DNA of 64,000 bases. Origin: Euglena gracilis. Lineage: Eukaryota. The notes under the pieces are model-generated. The model was not told the origin of the DNA. It saw only the letters and a list, made by a program, of their open reading frames with translations, and did no database searches. The DNA lies in the NCBI GenBank assembly GCA_039621445.1, contig CP154954.1, positions 22,642,954-22,706,953 on the forward strand. Reading direction: 5' to 3'. Positions 37,823 to 50,919 of this stretch are shown here, one piece after another; positions within the stretch are counted from its first letter, which is position 1, and every line of letters starts with the position of its first letter. A program made the position numbers and the translations under genes.

Positions 37823-40800
37823 TCACGAATGCGATCGCGATGCCTCGCGATAAGAATCACGCTTCTTGGCAGGGGCACTGGGTGACCTACCCCGAAGGGC
37901 AACGTTATTCTGCTCATCGCGGACCGGGAACCGGGGGCTCATACCACCGGAACGGTAACCAGATTGCCTTGTACTGCCCGATTGGCGTGAAAACGCGGAC
38001 GAACCCGAACCCCGTGATGAGTTTGAGCCTCGCGAACTTACGATACACCCTTCGCACATCAGGATTCGGACAATCACGGACATATGTCCCGGATTATTGC
38101 ACAAAAAGCACAATTTGTCCGTGGATTGATCCGAAGAACGCGGATATCGCGTTTTCGATCCCGTGTTTGGTGAAGTGGGTGGATGCGGTGATTTTTGCAA
38201 TGCGTTCACCGAACCAGCCGGTAATCCAGCAGTTGGGTGTGCGTTAAACGCGGATTGAATCTGACCAAGAAGCTGTGATAGCTTCAACTGCTTGGAAACG
38301 TAGTTCCAGCGTTGGTCAAGAGTCATTGCATTTGTCGCCACCTCGTCACGGTGGATATCCTTGATGAGGCTAGGCGTGAAATGCATTAGAACAGCGTCAA
38401 ACTGTTCGCGCATTTGCTTTTCATTGAGTTCATCCACTTCAGCGGCAAGTCCCAACCATTTGGCATACCAAAGGTCAATGGACTTCCATTTGCGATCGGG
38501 TGGGGCGCATTGCCGCCACTTGGTCTCCAGGGTAATCCTAGCGACCAAACTTGAACTGGTGGAAGCGTATTGCTCCACCAGGTCATGCGGGTAGCGAATG
38601 ACAAGTTGTCGCGCGCGCTCCTTCTCATCCCTTGGGAGGCAATCGATGAATTCCATCTTGATCACCTCCGGGTTTGTGTCCTGGGTTGGCCCTTTCAATG
38701 CCCAGTAATACTCCCAGTCCCGGAAAAACTGTCTCCACGTGGTTGGATCACCATCCCACTGGGGTTTCACCTTGTTCGCGATTGCGATGGTGCCCTTGAA
38801 GTCTTTCTGAGGAACCCAATGACCCTCGGTGGTATTCCGTGGATTCGGGCCCGGGTACTCTCGAGCACCAAGCGTATCCTTTCCGGATTCTTGTTGGAAT
38901 CGCGAAATTTCTGGTGAAGGTGAATCCTGGTACCGGAAATCCGGTCGCAAACCCTGTTGGTCACCCGTAATAGGGGGACACTCCGGTGTGGGGGTATGTC
39001 GCGCATGCAACATGTGACCCACTCCCGGTGTACGGGTTTGGCTCATTCCACGCACAAGCATGGAATGATGGATTTCTTGGTGGAGACTTGGCGGAATCGC
39101 CGTGTTTTTCGAAAATTCGGTTCCCGTAATGCGAAATTCATCCGAAAACTGGGTTTGGGTTGTGGACAAGGCCAATGGTGGTACAATTCGCGGAATCGCG
39201 GATTGTGACACTCGGGACACGGGTGGTGGTGGTGCATGTGCACCCAGATTCGGGTTGTGGAAACGCGAATCTGGAGCATTTGGCGCATTTTCGGCAATGC
39301 ATACTGCCGAATCGCGGTGTGAAACCCGCTGTTGGTTGGACACATTATCCAAACCGACAGACAAGTCATGCACACTTTGCTCCAAATGCTCAACGAGTTG
39401 GAGTTGGCCGCAAATACGGTCAACTTCATCCTCCAAAGCGCGAATACGCTTGCGGTAACGGGAAAAGTCATCCAGATGCGGAATCCTTTCGGAAATTCCG
39501 GTGACATCTCGGACTAGTTTCCCGTGAGACTCATCCAATAATTGGAGTTGTCCCATTAATGCTTTCACAGCACTTGAGAGGATCTGCAAAGGTGGTGTCA
39601 CCTTGGTTGGTGTGTTAGTGGGTGCAACCGGTGCAGGGTCATCCGACAACGCGGTTGTGGTACCCACGGGCAAATTTCCGGGTTGTGGCTTATCCGACAA
39701 CGCGGAAATCCGCTCATCCAACCTGGTAATCTCACCTTGGGTGGATCGGGCATTCCGATTCACCGATTCCTCAAGCCGTAATAGGCTGTTGCAGAATTCC
39801 TGCAAGGTTTCCTGATTACCAGTGAGCATTTTGTCATAAAATGCCTTGAAATCAGGGTTCTCGGTAATCCGAGAACTGGAAGCTGCAGGTAAAGACTGCA
39901 TTTCCGTTACTTTGGTAGACACCGATGCATACCGGGTCTGGAGTTCCCCAATAGCAGTCTGAATACCGCTAATGTCCGGAACTCGGTGGGAAAGTGCGGA
40001 ATAGCTCTGTTGCAAACCCGCAATGGCCGAGTTAATCCCTCCAATGTCAGATTGCAACTGCAACTGCAGGGAATCCTGCCGTTGTGCCATTTCCGTCACT
40101 TTCGCGCTCAGATTGGATAATCCAACCTGATTCGCGTCACAATAGCAGGTTTTCTGCTCCAAACGGGAAAGTCGCTCCTCCAACTGCCGCACATACGTGT
40201 GGGGAGCAAAATTCTCGTTGGCTTGTGACTGGAATTGCCGAAACTTTTCCGTTTCATCGCACAACTGCATAATGCGGTGTTGCGATTCATGGAAAGTTGC
40301 GGACAAGGTGGTGAAATGGTCCATAGACACAAATCCACCATTGTGGGTTGTTGCACACGAGGAATCTCGTGCATGCAACTGTTGTTGCAAACGCAACAAC
40401 GCGGATGAACAGGACTCCATTTGTCCCGATAGGTGTTGTAGTGAGTCATGCAAGTGCAGAAACTTGGAGTCATTCCGCGTTTCCGCTTCATGCATGCATT
40501 CATTAATTTGCCGGAAGTTTTGCGGGAGTTGTTGGCACATTCTGTCAAAGGTTTCCCGAAAGGTTGCAAGGTCAATACCCGCACTTTCGAAATTCCTTTG
40601 GCAATACTTGCCAACTTCCTGCAAATAATTCCAGCAGTGTTCCAGCTTGGTGAAGACATGTTTCTGGTTGTCCTCATCAAACTGAAGCACTTTGTTCAAT
40701 GCGGTTGCCCACTCTGCAACGCATTGTTGCACATGGTTGAACTGCCTCACAAGGGGGTGATCCCCTGGAAGCCGAGCAACGATATCCTGCACATCCTCAG

Positions 40801-41397
40801 CAGTGAGGAGCTCACCAATGCTCTTCCCATGGGTTGGGATGTACCGGAGAATTCCGGCACCACGAGGCGAGTCTCCGGTTGCCAAGGTAGTGCGGGATAG
40901 TACCCAAGATCGGGTGGTGGTGGCAAAGCTCTGTAAGGGCTTGCCGGTGGAAGAGCGGGTGGGGGTTGAAAGAAACACGGCGTTTCTAGCCCACCATCAC
41001 CAGAGAAGCCCGGTGGCGGAATCACCACGGGTCTCTCTGGTGTGCGCAGCTGCACCATTGCCGCAGACAGAGGCGAATACCCCCGTTGTGGCAAGGTGAG
41101 TGCGGAAGAGGCCGCATTAGCCTCTGAAGCCGATGATGTGGAGGGCTCATCGCCGACCACTGTCAATGACGACAAGTGTTGCAATTGTGACAATTGAACC
41201 AATTTTGCCTCATCGGCGTGGGAACTGGAAGCACTTTCACATAAAAGCTTCCAATCCCCAGTTTCTTGGTCAATGTCTTGCAATGATGCCTGTAATAAGG
41301 CATAGTAGAATTGATGGTTGGGGACTGTGCTTTGCATCTTTCTGATGGCAAAAACAGCAAAAACCCACAAAACTAAGCAGTTGAGTTGTGCTGGCAC
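37823..41397 (-). CDS. Large Gag-like protein: long coiled coil, capsid-like domain, CCHC knuckle (frameshifts near 40950 and 38078)
   Basis: PQWDGDPTTWRQFFRDWEYY...FIDCLP; CFLCNNPGHMS continues RDC if one C is restored. Confidence 0.75.
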
Positions 41398-41535
41398 CAG
41401 AGGGGCTGTAACGGGTAATACCGTACAGAGCCTTCCGGAGCCTGCTCGTCTGCTTAGACGTTGAGTAGAAGCCGGGAGCTGACGCTGCGACCGTGTAATA
41501 ACGGTGCAGGGGCCCTCCGCTGCCAGTCAGCCAGC

Positions 41536-41692
41536 GTAGGATCGAACCAATCTGCTACCAAGTGTACTTGATAGCGTTTCTTTCTGTATGGGCTGTGTGT
41601 GTAGGATCGTGACCTAATCTGCTACCAAGTGTAAAACCTGGTAGCCTTTCTGTTTGTGAAGTGTGTATAGGATCGTAACCAATCTGCTACCA
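41536..41692 (-). promoter_or_regulatory. Three tandem primer-binding sites complementary to the tRNA-iMet 3' end
   Basis: Plus strand TAGGATCG..ACC.ATCTGCTACCA at 41536-41560, 41601-41627 and 41668-41692, each followed by AGTGTA. Confidence 0.8.
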
Positions 41693-41995
41693 AGTGTACG
41701 TCTGATCTTCCCTTTTCTCCAAAAAGCCTCGCTTTCCTTGGTGCGGACCTACTTAGGGAAGAGAAAATCAGAGTAACGAAAAACCCTTTTCCCAACTTCC
41801 CGAGAAGCAAAGCACAGAGAGAGGATGGGAAAGGATAACGGACTATAATAAGTCCGAGGCAGAAAGGGAAAATAAATAATATAAAGAATACCACCTGTGG
41901 AGAGAGAAGGGGCACCCATTAGGAGATCCTAATAGGATCTGCTTCCATCCTAACTTCCTCAACGGAAGTGGACAGAAGCATACGCCTGGTACACA
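41693..41995 (-). repeat. 5' LTR
   Basis: Homologous to 26301-26597; abuts the PBS. Confidence 0.85.
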
Positions 41996-42265
41996 GTAAC
42001 CACGGTGAACATCCTTGACAGACACGTTCTTCACGTTGAAGCAAAGGTTACAGCCTCGCTCAGAGCCTCGTGGTGCATCTCCACAGACTTGACTTCATTG
42101 GTCAAATTGTTGGGTGAGAAAGTGACCACATCACCATGCTTCAGGACACCAGTCTCAACACGACCAACAGGCACAGTTCGAATACCTAAAAGTTAAAAAA
42201 GGTGCCGTGCATCGAAATTTGGAAAAGAACCTTCAATCTTGTTGACATCCTGCAGGGGAGCCCTT
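41996..42265 (-). pseudogene. EEF1A: Elongation factor 1-alpha fragment with a 45-nt GT-AG intron (42186-42230)
   Basis: [54 protein letters not shown]...[15 protein letters not shown]; internal deletion/frameshift. Confidence 0.92.
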
Positions 42266-42948
42266 CATGCCCTTGGCCAGTGCGATCTGCAATTCCATTC
42301 TTTTTCAGGTTGCATGATCCTCACTGGCTGGGATGATATGGAAAGCAAGGGAAATAGGACATTTTTCCAAACACACCATCCACAGAAGGTTTCTTGGTTC
42401 GGAATGGTTGCTTCACAACAAATCGCCCGTCCTGACTCATTAGGATCAGTTGAGGGCTTGTCAAACGGTGGTGGGGCGAACCGAATCCACCGACCAGTGG
42501 CACTGCCTACTGGATTTGTGTGTTCAAGTGAGAGGTGAGATATGTACAAATGGGGTGACGCCCATGGACAGTAAGAAGTGGTTTAGCGGAGGCAGCGGGG
42601 GCTTTAGTAGCCGGTGTATGAGGGTGACCAAGTGGCTGGGTGTTGGGGGTGACGGCACTCAGAAATTCATCGCTTGTCCATTCACCGCCACATCCTCCTG
42701 CATCCGACGGTTGGTTTTGGAAGGCGGGCCCTTCGTTCCCCACTCCAACACGTGCGGGTTAGGTTTTCCCGTGAGCTTGGAGAGGTTGTAAGGTAGACCT
42801 TGTGGGCACTTGGCTTGAGGTCCCTCGCGGGTTTCAGCCCCCAATCGATTGTGTGTGACTTCTTTACCTTCATGGGGGACGTCCAGAGAGGGTGTTCAGC
42901 TTTTGGTGTTTGATTTTTTGTGTTTGGTCGTGTTGCTGAGCCTCGGTG

Positions 42949-43515
42949 TTATGACGTACGGTAGGGTCTATGAGATTCCGGGGAGCTATGGTCAGCGAGC
43001 TCTTCGGGGCATTGACCCCAGACCAATTGTCGTCCGACCTCCCGGGCCAGAGTCATGCTTAATCCTTGCCAGCAGGTCCCCTCGACGCCCCTCCTCTCCC
43101 AGGCGTCGTGTTGGCCTGCCAGCAGCTTGATGCAGTTACCAACAAAGGCGAGCGCACCATCCCCCATGCCACCATAACAGTCCAAGACAAAAGGAATGAA
43201 TGTCCAGCCCCTTCTTTTGCAAGTGTCACCATACTTCCGTATTTTGTCCTCCTCTTGTGCCTCATGCCACCTGCCAATATCTTCCAAGACAGTGCGGTTT
43301 CGCGAAGGCGCAAGTGGGTGACGAACGGTGACGTCGATGGCCGCCGGGCCGTTTGCGTCATACCTCATGACGAATACGTCGCCTGGTCGTGAACCATCCG
43401 GGGCGCTTTCTTCCCTTCTGGCTGGGAAGCCTGCACGCTGCGCGAGCCCGAGGATGTGCGATTGAACGGCATTGTGCCGCCTGACAATGTTGTTTTTGTG
43501 GCAGCAAACAGCAAA
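42949..43515 (-). pseudogene. 5'-truncated CRE-like non-LTR copy (restriction-like endonuclease domain only)
   Basis: VCC...RRHNAV, RPGDV, AIDVTV, EEDKIRKY, FIPFVLDCYGGMG. Confidence 0.85.
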
Positions 43516-44166
43516 CATTAGGATACTCAGAAAGTTTTTTGATCGAGCGCTCGGCCCATCTCCAAGGCCGAAGTTCATGGCGGGTGAGATATTTACATTA
43601 AATTGTCCGCAGATGCAGTGGGGACTGTGGGAGGGGCGAGAGTCGAAGGTGAAGTAGATGAAGGGCGGTGAGGGGCACAGTACGGAGGGGAGACAGCGAG
43701 TGTGAGAGGAAAGTGTACAGCGGCCGGGAAGGTTCAACAGAAGGGAAGGGAAGGTTCAATAGAAACGGCCATGGGGACTGTTGAGTGTTGAGTGTTGAGG
43801 TTGTGGCAGCGACATGTTTAGGTTTGGGTTTAGGGGAGTTGGCGCAGGGAAGGCTCTGTTTTCAGTGCGGTTAGGGTTTGGTCGTCTTTTTAGACTTGTG
43901 GTTGGTTATGCGTACGGTTGGTGTGTCATGGAGTCTTCGACCCTGTGGTCAAATTGCTTACTCCGTCTGAAATGGGCAATGGGTGGTGGGATCCACCGTT
44001 CCAGATGGTTCCACCACTGTTCGACAAGCCAATTGACGGCCACTTCTCTTGTCAATGTGGGACACAGGTTGCTGATGACTGGGTAACGTTGTTTCCTTTA
44101 TTGACAAGGTGTGAATGGTTTAAGGACAAATGTTTGTTCTGGGTCTAGGGGTCGTAATGGTCTTCT

Positions 44167-47100
44167 TTACAGACAATACGGTTGGTGTATGGTGTTGGTT
44201 ACGTCTGGATCTGTGTCGTTGCCTGCATACCGTCCCCAGATTACTTGTCGCGCGATCTCTCGCGCAACAGTGATTGATAGAAGTTGCCATGTGTCGGCTT
44301 CAGTTTTGCGTTTTGACCATGCATCTTGTTGACCGAGAAGAAGCTTCATCAGTGTTGACATTAAGGTTAGCGCTTCTTGGCCTAAGCCGCCATAGCAGTC
44401 AACAACAAATGGAATGCAAGTCCATCCCATCCTCCCACAGTTGGCGTCATATTTTGAATGTTTTTCCTTCTCTTGGCGTTCATACCATTCAGTTAGTTCA
44501 GCTGCCTCACGCAACGGTCTGTACGGTGCTGCTGTGTGTCTCACTGTGATATCCACTGCTCCAGGACCATTGGCGTCAAGTCTGCTAATGAGCACATCGC
44601 CCGGGCGTGTTCTCTCTGGACCTCCTTGTTCTTTTTTTTGCTGTAAACCCAGCATCATGTGCTAGTTGGAACACAAAGTCCTGGATTGCACCATGTCGCC
44701 GCGTTATGCCATTTGAGCTGCAGCATACAAGGTGATTACCCAGGTTGTCCATTGGCTTGGTGCAGCGTGGGCACGTTGATCCCGTTGGTGGGCAAACTGG
44801 TGCTCCCAGTGACCACTTTAGAAATCCTTTGAATTCGGCAGAAGCAACCAATGTTTTCAATCCAGAGGATGGTGTGACAGAAGCCCAGGCCATTGCGTGG
44901 GGCCGCTGTTGGCTTGCGAAGCGGACGGCGTCTTGACCGTGAAGGTTGGAGGATAATACCTTTTGTCGTTGTTTCGCAAAGCATTCACCCCACCACTTCT
45001 GTTGAATGTGAGGGCTTTGGGCTTCGTTCAAGAGTGATACATCCGCGGCCCATGTTTGTGTTGGGGGAGTTCCTTCGAGGATGGAGTTGGCAGAGGACAG
45101 GCACTCAACAGTGTCTTTCGGTATTCCTCGGTCTGCCAGACCCAGGGTGCGTCTGCCATTGCTGACAAACGTCACAATGCCGGATATCCGTGCTGGGAGA
45201 CGTTCCCGTGATGGGTCCCGAATTCCGAGTCCGCCATGACGCACAGGTAGGGTGGCCTGAGCCCATTGATTGTCATCGATGGGGGATCCAACAATGTTGC
45301 TCATTGTGTTCCTGATTTCTTTGGTCAACAAAGCACATGCGTCATTTGCCTGCCCCAGTTCTGTTGCACGCATGAGGTCATTAACTTTGCATGCATCTAG
45401 GCAGGTTCGTAAGAGGCAGAACTGAATTTGGGCCTGCGGCAGGTTCAAAAGGGCCCGACAAGCTTTCTGCACACTTGTCGCACGTTCAGCCCACACTTCC
45501 CCCGCAAAGCCTCCGCTTTGTGGACAGCATACCGGGATTCCCAGGGCCCGTATACCAGAATCGGGGGAGTAGTTCACGATTGGGACCGCACGAAGTGGGC
45601 TGTTTTGCGGCATTTCAGCACGATTGGCTTCTGTTGCGGCAGGGCCCCACAGGCGGCATTTTTTTGCGTTGAGGTGTATGCCTAGTAGCGTCCCCTGTCG
45701 TTGAATTTCTGTAATTGCTGCATGTAATTGTGGGAGGGTTCCCAGGATGTGTCTATCATCCAAATACCACAATTGGAGTGGCACAACCTCTTGCAAGGAC
45801 TCAACGAGGGGTTGCAACGCCAAGGCGAATCCGGCTGGGCCACAAGGGTCCCCTTGTTGTACGCCAGAGGCACTCCGAAGGTGTGATGACCCACAAAAGA
45901 GCGGGCTGTGTTCGGCGTAGCAACTCTCGAACCAGACGTACACCTCCGGACAGCGTTTAGCCACTTCAGCAAGGACTGTCTTTCTTTTTACGCAATTAAA
46001 AGCATTGCTGAAATCTACCTGTAACAAAGCCCAGGTGCTGTCCTGTTGCATGTGCAGGTGATTTACTTCTTGTTGCAGTCCCATAGCAATGAGTTCACAT
46101 GCCCCCTGGACCCCTACACCGCATTGTAGTGGCTGCAGTACTTTAAGGCGGTCCCTGATTTTAGGGTGTCTCATCAAGTATTTGCCCACCAATCGACGCA
46201 GGCATTCCCCAGCTGCAATTGGTCGCGTGCCATCCTTCTTTGGGTCAGGAATGGGGTTGGCATTGCCAAGCTCATCAAGGTTTTCGCTTGGATTGCAGGG
46301 TTTTCGAAGAGGAGTCAAACGGGCACCAGCGAAAATCCATGCCACTGAGGTGTGAATTCCGTTTGTCAAACATGTTCGGATGAATTGGTCCAAAATTGTG
46401 AGGAGTTGTTCAGATTGTGTCCCCAGGGGATCAGAGAGCATGTCTTTGAGATGATCTGGGTGAGGATTCCTTCGGGAAAGACATGACTGCTTTCCGTATT
46501 TCAATTAGGCGCTCCCTGGTTCCTTCTTCACTGAGATCGAATTCGAGGCGAGGGAAGTCCGGAGGCAGATTTTGCCTTCCAGGTTGGGGTTCAGGTGGGT
46601 GCAAGGCAGCCAACCGTTCCAAGATTAGCGGGTCATCTGCATCTTGGATTCCATCAGAAGTCAGCATGCGGCAGGCTTTACTGACCGCCCCATGGCTGAC
46701 AAGGCTTTGAACACGGTTGCACAATCTTTCTTGGCTTTCTGCCTCGAAATTTTTTGTCTGACTTCGTGTTCTCTTCCTTGGGTTTTGTGCATCGCGAGTT
46801 TGGCGAGTCTCATCCCACGAATCTTCGGTGGACCGGTTGAGGTAGGCATTGGCTCTCTCAGTAATTTTCCGTCCGACTGCAGCCCAATGGCTTTTCCCGC
46901 TGCGCTTCAATGGAGCAAGCACAGCTTTTGGGAAGCACCAAAGTGCGTGTAGGGTCTCCCATCCTGGCTTGGACACAAAGCGACTGAGGGTGCTGCAAAA
47001 GGCGAGCCCTACGTTTCGCAACGCTCCCCGTGGGATATGGACCAACGTGCCTCGATTGTCTTGGGAAATTTCTTCCCAAGATGGGTGCAGTGGTGGGCAA

Positions 47101-50100
47101 GGTTGCGAAAATGGGGTGACTTGCATCGTGTCAGCGTTCGTCGAGGATTGCGCCGGTGCTGGGGCCACGGGGGCGTGCGGCCTTCGACCATTTTGGCACT
47201 CTTGCTCTTGCCCTTGTGGAAAGGACGGCACAAAATTCTCAGTCAAGCCCTGGCCCTGCGGCGCATGCCCGTGAATTTCGGAAATCGCTGAGCGCACCCG
47301 GGACTCTAGTTCGTTAATGACCATGATTCGCTCAGCTGCGGGTGTCCCGGGGCCCCCGTTCAAACTGGGAAACGGCATTACAGCCTGAGACAAAGTAGGC
47401 GAGAACAGCGGCGTCGAGTGCATTGGGAACCAAGATCCAAGGAGTGGTCGCTCCGTCGGCGGCACAGCAGAGGTCTGTGCGGCTGAGGCCATTTCAACGT
47501 CTTCCTGCTCGGGAGGGCGGGTTTCTGTTGGACCTGGGTTGCTTTCAATATCGCCACAACTGGCAAGGCTTTTACCCCTGCCACAGCGGGGGGACTGTAC
47601 CCATACCGCGGTTTTTCCTGGTCAATCAGTTGCCGTACATGGTTGGCGTGCCCTGGGGCCACATTGGACAACTTAAATTGCCCTGGGGCCAGAGTGCAAG
47701 TTGGTCGTCGGCAATGGGGCCGGGTGCTAGGTCGCAGGGATAGGGGTCCTTCACGTGGGGTTATCCGGTGAATAGGTCCCGGCTCGAGATGAACGTCACC
47801 ACAGAGTGTGACATCTTGGTGTCTGGGCCTCTCGGCTATGACAGCGTCGTTAGGGCTTATATCACCGTGTTGGTCACCTTGTTGGTAGTTTAGTTGCCTT
47901 TGTGCTGTCCGTCGTGCCCTCCGGACATGACGGTCAACTGAAACTACTGATCTTGTCGGACGTAAGAAGGCCATGATGTCCAGGATATCAACGGTGTGTG
48001 CATTCAATGGGGAGAGGTCGGACGAGGAGGGCTCCGTTGGAGGTACTCTGGGGAAAGTGCCTCTCGGCCGGAGAACGTTGGGTAGTGTCATTAGGTGAAT
48101 AGGGGGCAGGTAGAGGTGAAAGGCCTCGCCGAAGTTGCATACTTCGGACCATAAAACAGTCAGCAACCACATAATGGCATGTACACTCGATGGGGAGTCG
48201 TGACGTGGTGGTCGATGTGGCCATAGCCCTATGAGCACAAACAGAACTCCTCTCAAAACTTCCCAGCATTCGGTGAGCTCATAGACGGTAGTGTTCTCAA
48301 CCAGGACATCGGAAAGGAAGGCGTCTCGGAAACTTTGAAGTTCTGCATCCACCTCTTGAAGGCTCGCCAGCAATCTGTGCCGGATGAAGTTTTCTTGAAG
48401 TCCCCTGGAGACAGGGATTGTTGGTCTTTCCATGGTAGCCAGACGGAAGTAGATGGGTCCTGGTTGTGTTTGGACATCACCATGGGTGGTGATTCGTTCC
48501 CCCCTTCCAGTCGGCTGGTGTCCTTCTGAAAACTTTTCCCGGGTTTGTTCTGCCGTATATCCTCGGCTTGTTACGGAGTGTACTTTTGCTGTCTCAGTAG
48601 AAGGAAATACTGTGGCTGAAAAAACAGGGCAGGTTTCCCTGTGGTGCAAGCACCAACCTGCCGAGGCAGTGATGGTTTCAATGTCACACAAAGTGCATTT
48701 CAGCCAGTATGTAGCTTTGGGAAGAAGTGATTGGGAGGAGCCATCGGGGCCTTGCCGCAACGGTAGTTCGGCCTTGATCCGAAAGAAATCAGTCATGTTC
48801 ATGGCAACAAGTTGGTCCAATAAATCCATGACTTCACCACAGGGTCCATTAAATGCCGTCAGCGGGCCTGGATTGGTTTCCACATCACCCATTGTTGTCA
48901 GAGAATCACCTCGCCCCGTCTTCAGATATGCATCTTCCGGTTTCTTCCCCCCGTGCGGGCTTGCAGAGCAGGGGTGTATGTCGCCGGCTGTTTCTGCCAT
49001 GCGGGATTTTTTTGTGCCAGCACAAGAGTAATAGTCTGACAGGGAGTCATTTGAGTCATCAAGATCGCTGGCGGTCCATACAGACGGGGAAAGACGATCA
49101 GCCAATCCAACGTCACACGCAAACTGTAACGGTCTAGGCATGTCATCCATCTGCCAAATTCTTGGGCAGTATCGCCAGGCAATGGGCAGGGTTGGTTCTC
49201 GGGAGGGTGTCAGCCTCTTCTTTGTCCTCGGGGGGCAGACTGCTTCTGCTGCTGGCACTTTTTGTTTGTTTTTTTTTGCGATAGCTCGGCGTACTTTTTC
49301 TATGTGCGACGTGTCCATTCCTTCCTCACGTTGTTCCTCTGGGCGGTATTGATGAAGAATCTGGGCGATTCTGATCCGTTCCAGGATGAGGTTCTTTTTT
49401 GGTGGGGGGGGCGGTTGCACGACGTTCGGCGCTGTCAGTGGCAACGTGAGTTTCATATCTGTGTGCACCATTTTTTGTGATTGCCGAATGTCCACTGTTC
49501 TCCCAATGTCGACCCACTTTTCCTGAATGTTGGCCAGTTTTCTGGCGACCATCTCGTGAAATAAAATGCCTCCTGCTTGCTGTCTCATGCGCCTTCTCCA
49601 AAAAAATTCTTCCCTGAGGGACCGAAACTCTGGTTTTTCCCAAACTGGGACCCCTTCCAGGGGGGTGTTGGGTGGGGAAGCTTGTAAATCTGTTGCCTGG
49701 GGGGGGTCTTGCCATTGAAAGGGGGTGGGTTCCTCCTGCAGGATCACTGTGCCCAGTTTGGCCCACTGTGTGCCATCAAACATGGTGGGTTTTGTTGGAA
49801 TTTTAAAAATGCGAAAGGGTGGGCCTGGCCCCCCCCCCCCTTTTGCAGGGGGGGCTGATACTGGGGGGCTGGTGCTGAGATTTTTTGGTGTTGCATTTGG
49901 CTGGGGTTGATGATCCTCCTCTTTTGGGTTGGGGGGGGGGGGTTGTTTTGTCAACTCATTTTGATTTGGAGTTGCCTTGGGATGAAATTCTTGAACCATT
50001 TGTTTTACTGGGTGAAAGTGTTGTGTTGAGTTATCCCCTCTTTGGGGGGGACTTTGTGAGACAAAAGGGAAGGCTGCAGGCAGAAAAGCACATTGGAAGG

Positions 50101-50905
50101 CTGATGGTGATGCCAGTACCACATCTGGGATTAAGGGTGCTGGCAGGCCAGAGTTGTGTAATGGTGTTGGGAGGGGGGGGACTTGAGTACTCTGGCCTGT
50201 GCTGAGAAAGGCTCTGAGGCTTCTGAAGAGTTCAGCCTCTCTCCTTCTCTGCTCTTCTTCTCTGGTCCAATTCTTCCTATGGTCATCTTCTCTGCTCCAG
50301 TTTGATTGCAGTGGTTGCTGAGATTGCTGGGGTTCACCCCAAAGGTTGGTGTGTGATGGAATGTACATTTGTATGATTGATGTGACAGATGAACATACTT
50401 GACTTCTACCCACTGGTGGGCATTGGAATGGGCTGTTCATTGGAATACCCACTGATGGGCCTGACTGTGGAATGCCCAGTGCTGGGCTTGCTGTACAGGG
50501 GGGCCCCAGACTCACTTGCTGGTGGAGCTGGGGCTGAGGAGAACTCTGTTGAGATATATGATAACTGGGTCGACCTCTCTGCCATGGTGGCTTGTAATCT
50601 CTTCCAAACCTTCTCTGTAGGTACTCTTCGTGCTCTTCCCTCTCTTGCCAAGTCCTCTTCCTTCTCTGTGAGCTGCTGTCTTGGCTTTCTCTGTCACTAT
50701 GTACAGGGCGGTCAGCAGTGAGTCGTTGTGCCACAGCAGTGGTTAGCACCGGCACCAACAGCGGCAACAACATCTTGGCCAGCAGCTCCAACTGTCCAGT
50801 GTCCACTGCAGCAGTAGGTGTACTTGAAGGGTTGGTTGTGGTAGCAGCTTGATTGTCTTGAGTCTTGGGGTCTTCTGGAGGGCCATCCGGCCCCTTTGCA
50901 GCCAT
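44167..50905 (-). CDS. CRE-like polyprotein: Q/P-rich N-terminus, four 2A-like motifs, RT, CCHC finger, PD-(D/E)xK endonuclease (about 3 frameshifts)
   Basis: RPIAAGECLRRL, QVDFSNAFN, GVQQGDPCGP, YLDD, GGLGI, CPRC...HLVCC, RRH, RPGDV, VDIT, EKEKHSKY; ATG at 50905, 14 nt after the SL exon. Confidence 0.85.
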
Positions 50906-50919
50906 GGTGGTTATGCAGA

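Larger units (their letters stand above)
26301..41995 (-). mobile_element. LTR retrotransposon (Ty3/gypsy-like gag), with no recognisable RT or integrase; possibly chimeric
   Basis: Related ~300-bp LTRs, PBS, PPT, gag and protease relic in the correct order; no TSD. Confidence 0.75.

Noticed and set aside
41536-41692. tRNA genes
   Set aside because: Only the 3' ~25 nt including CCA are present; these are PBSs
42656-42665. TTTCTGAGTG as a third SL junction
   Set aside because: Only 10 nt and no A-tail; a similar chance match occurs at ~63350 inside a coding region
43815-43885. Telomeric repeats
   Set aside because: Only scattered TTAGGG-like words in a 3' UTR; no tandem array
42455-44030. 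Inverted 20-bp similarity between two CRE 3' regions (PPxFDKP peptides)
   Set aside because: Too short and oppositely oriented to support a gene or element call
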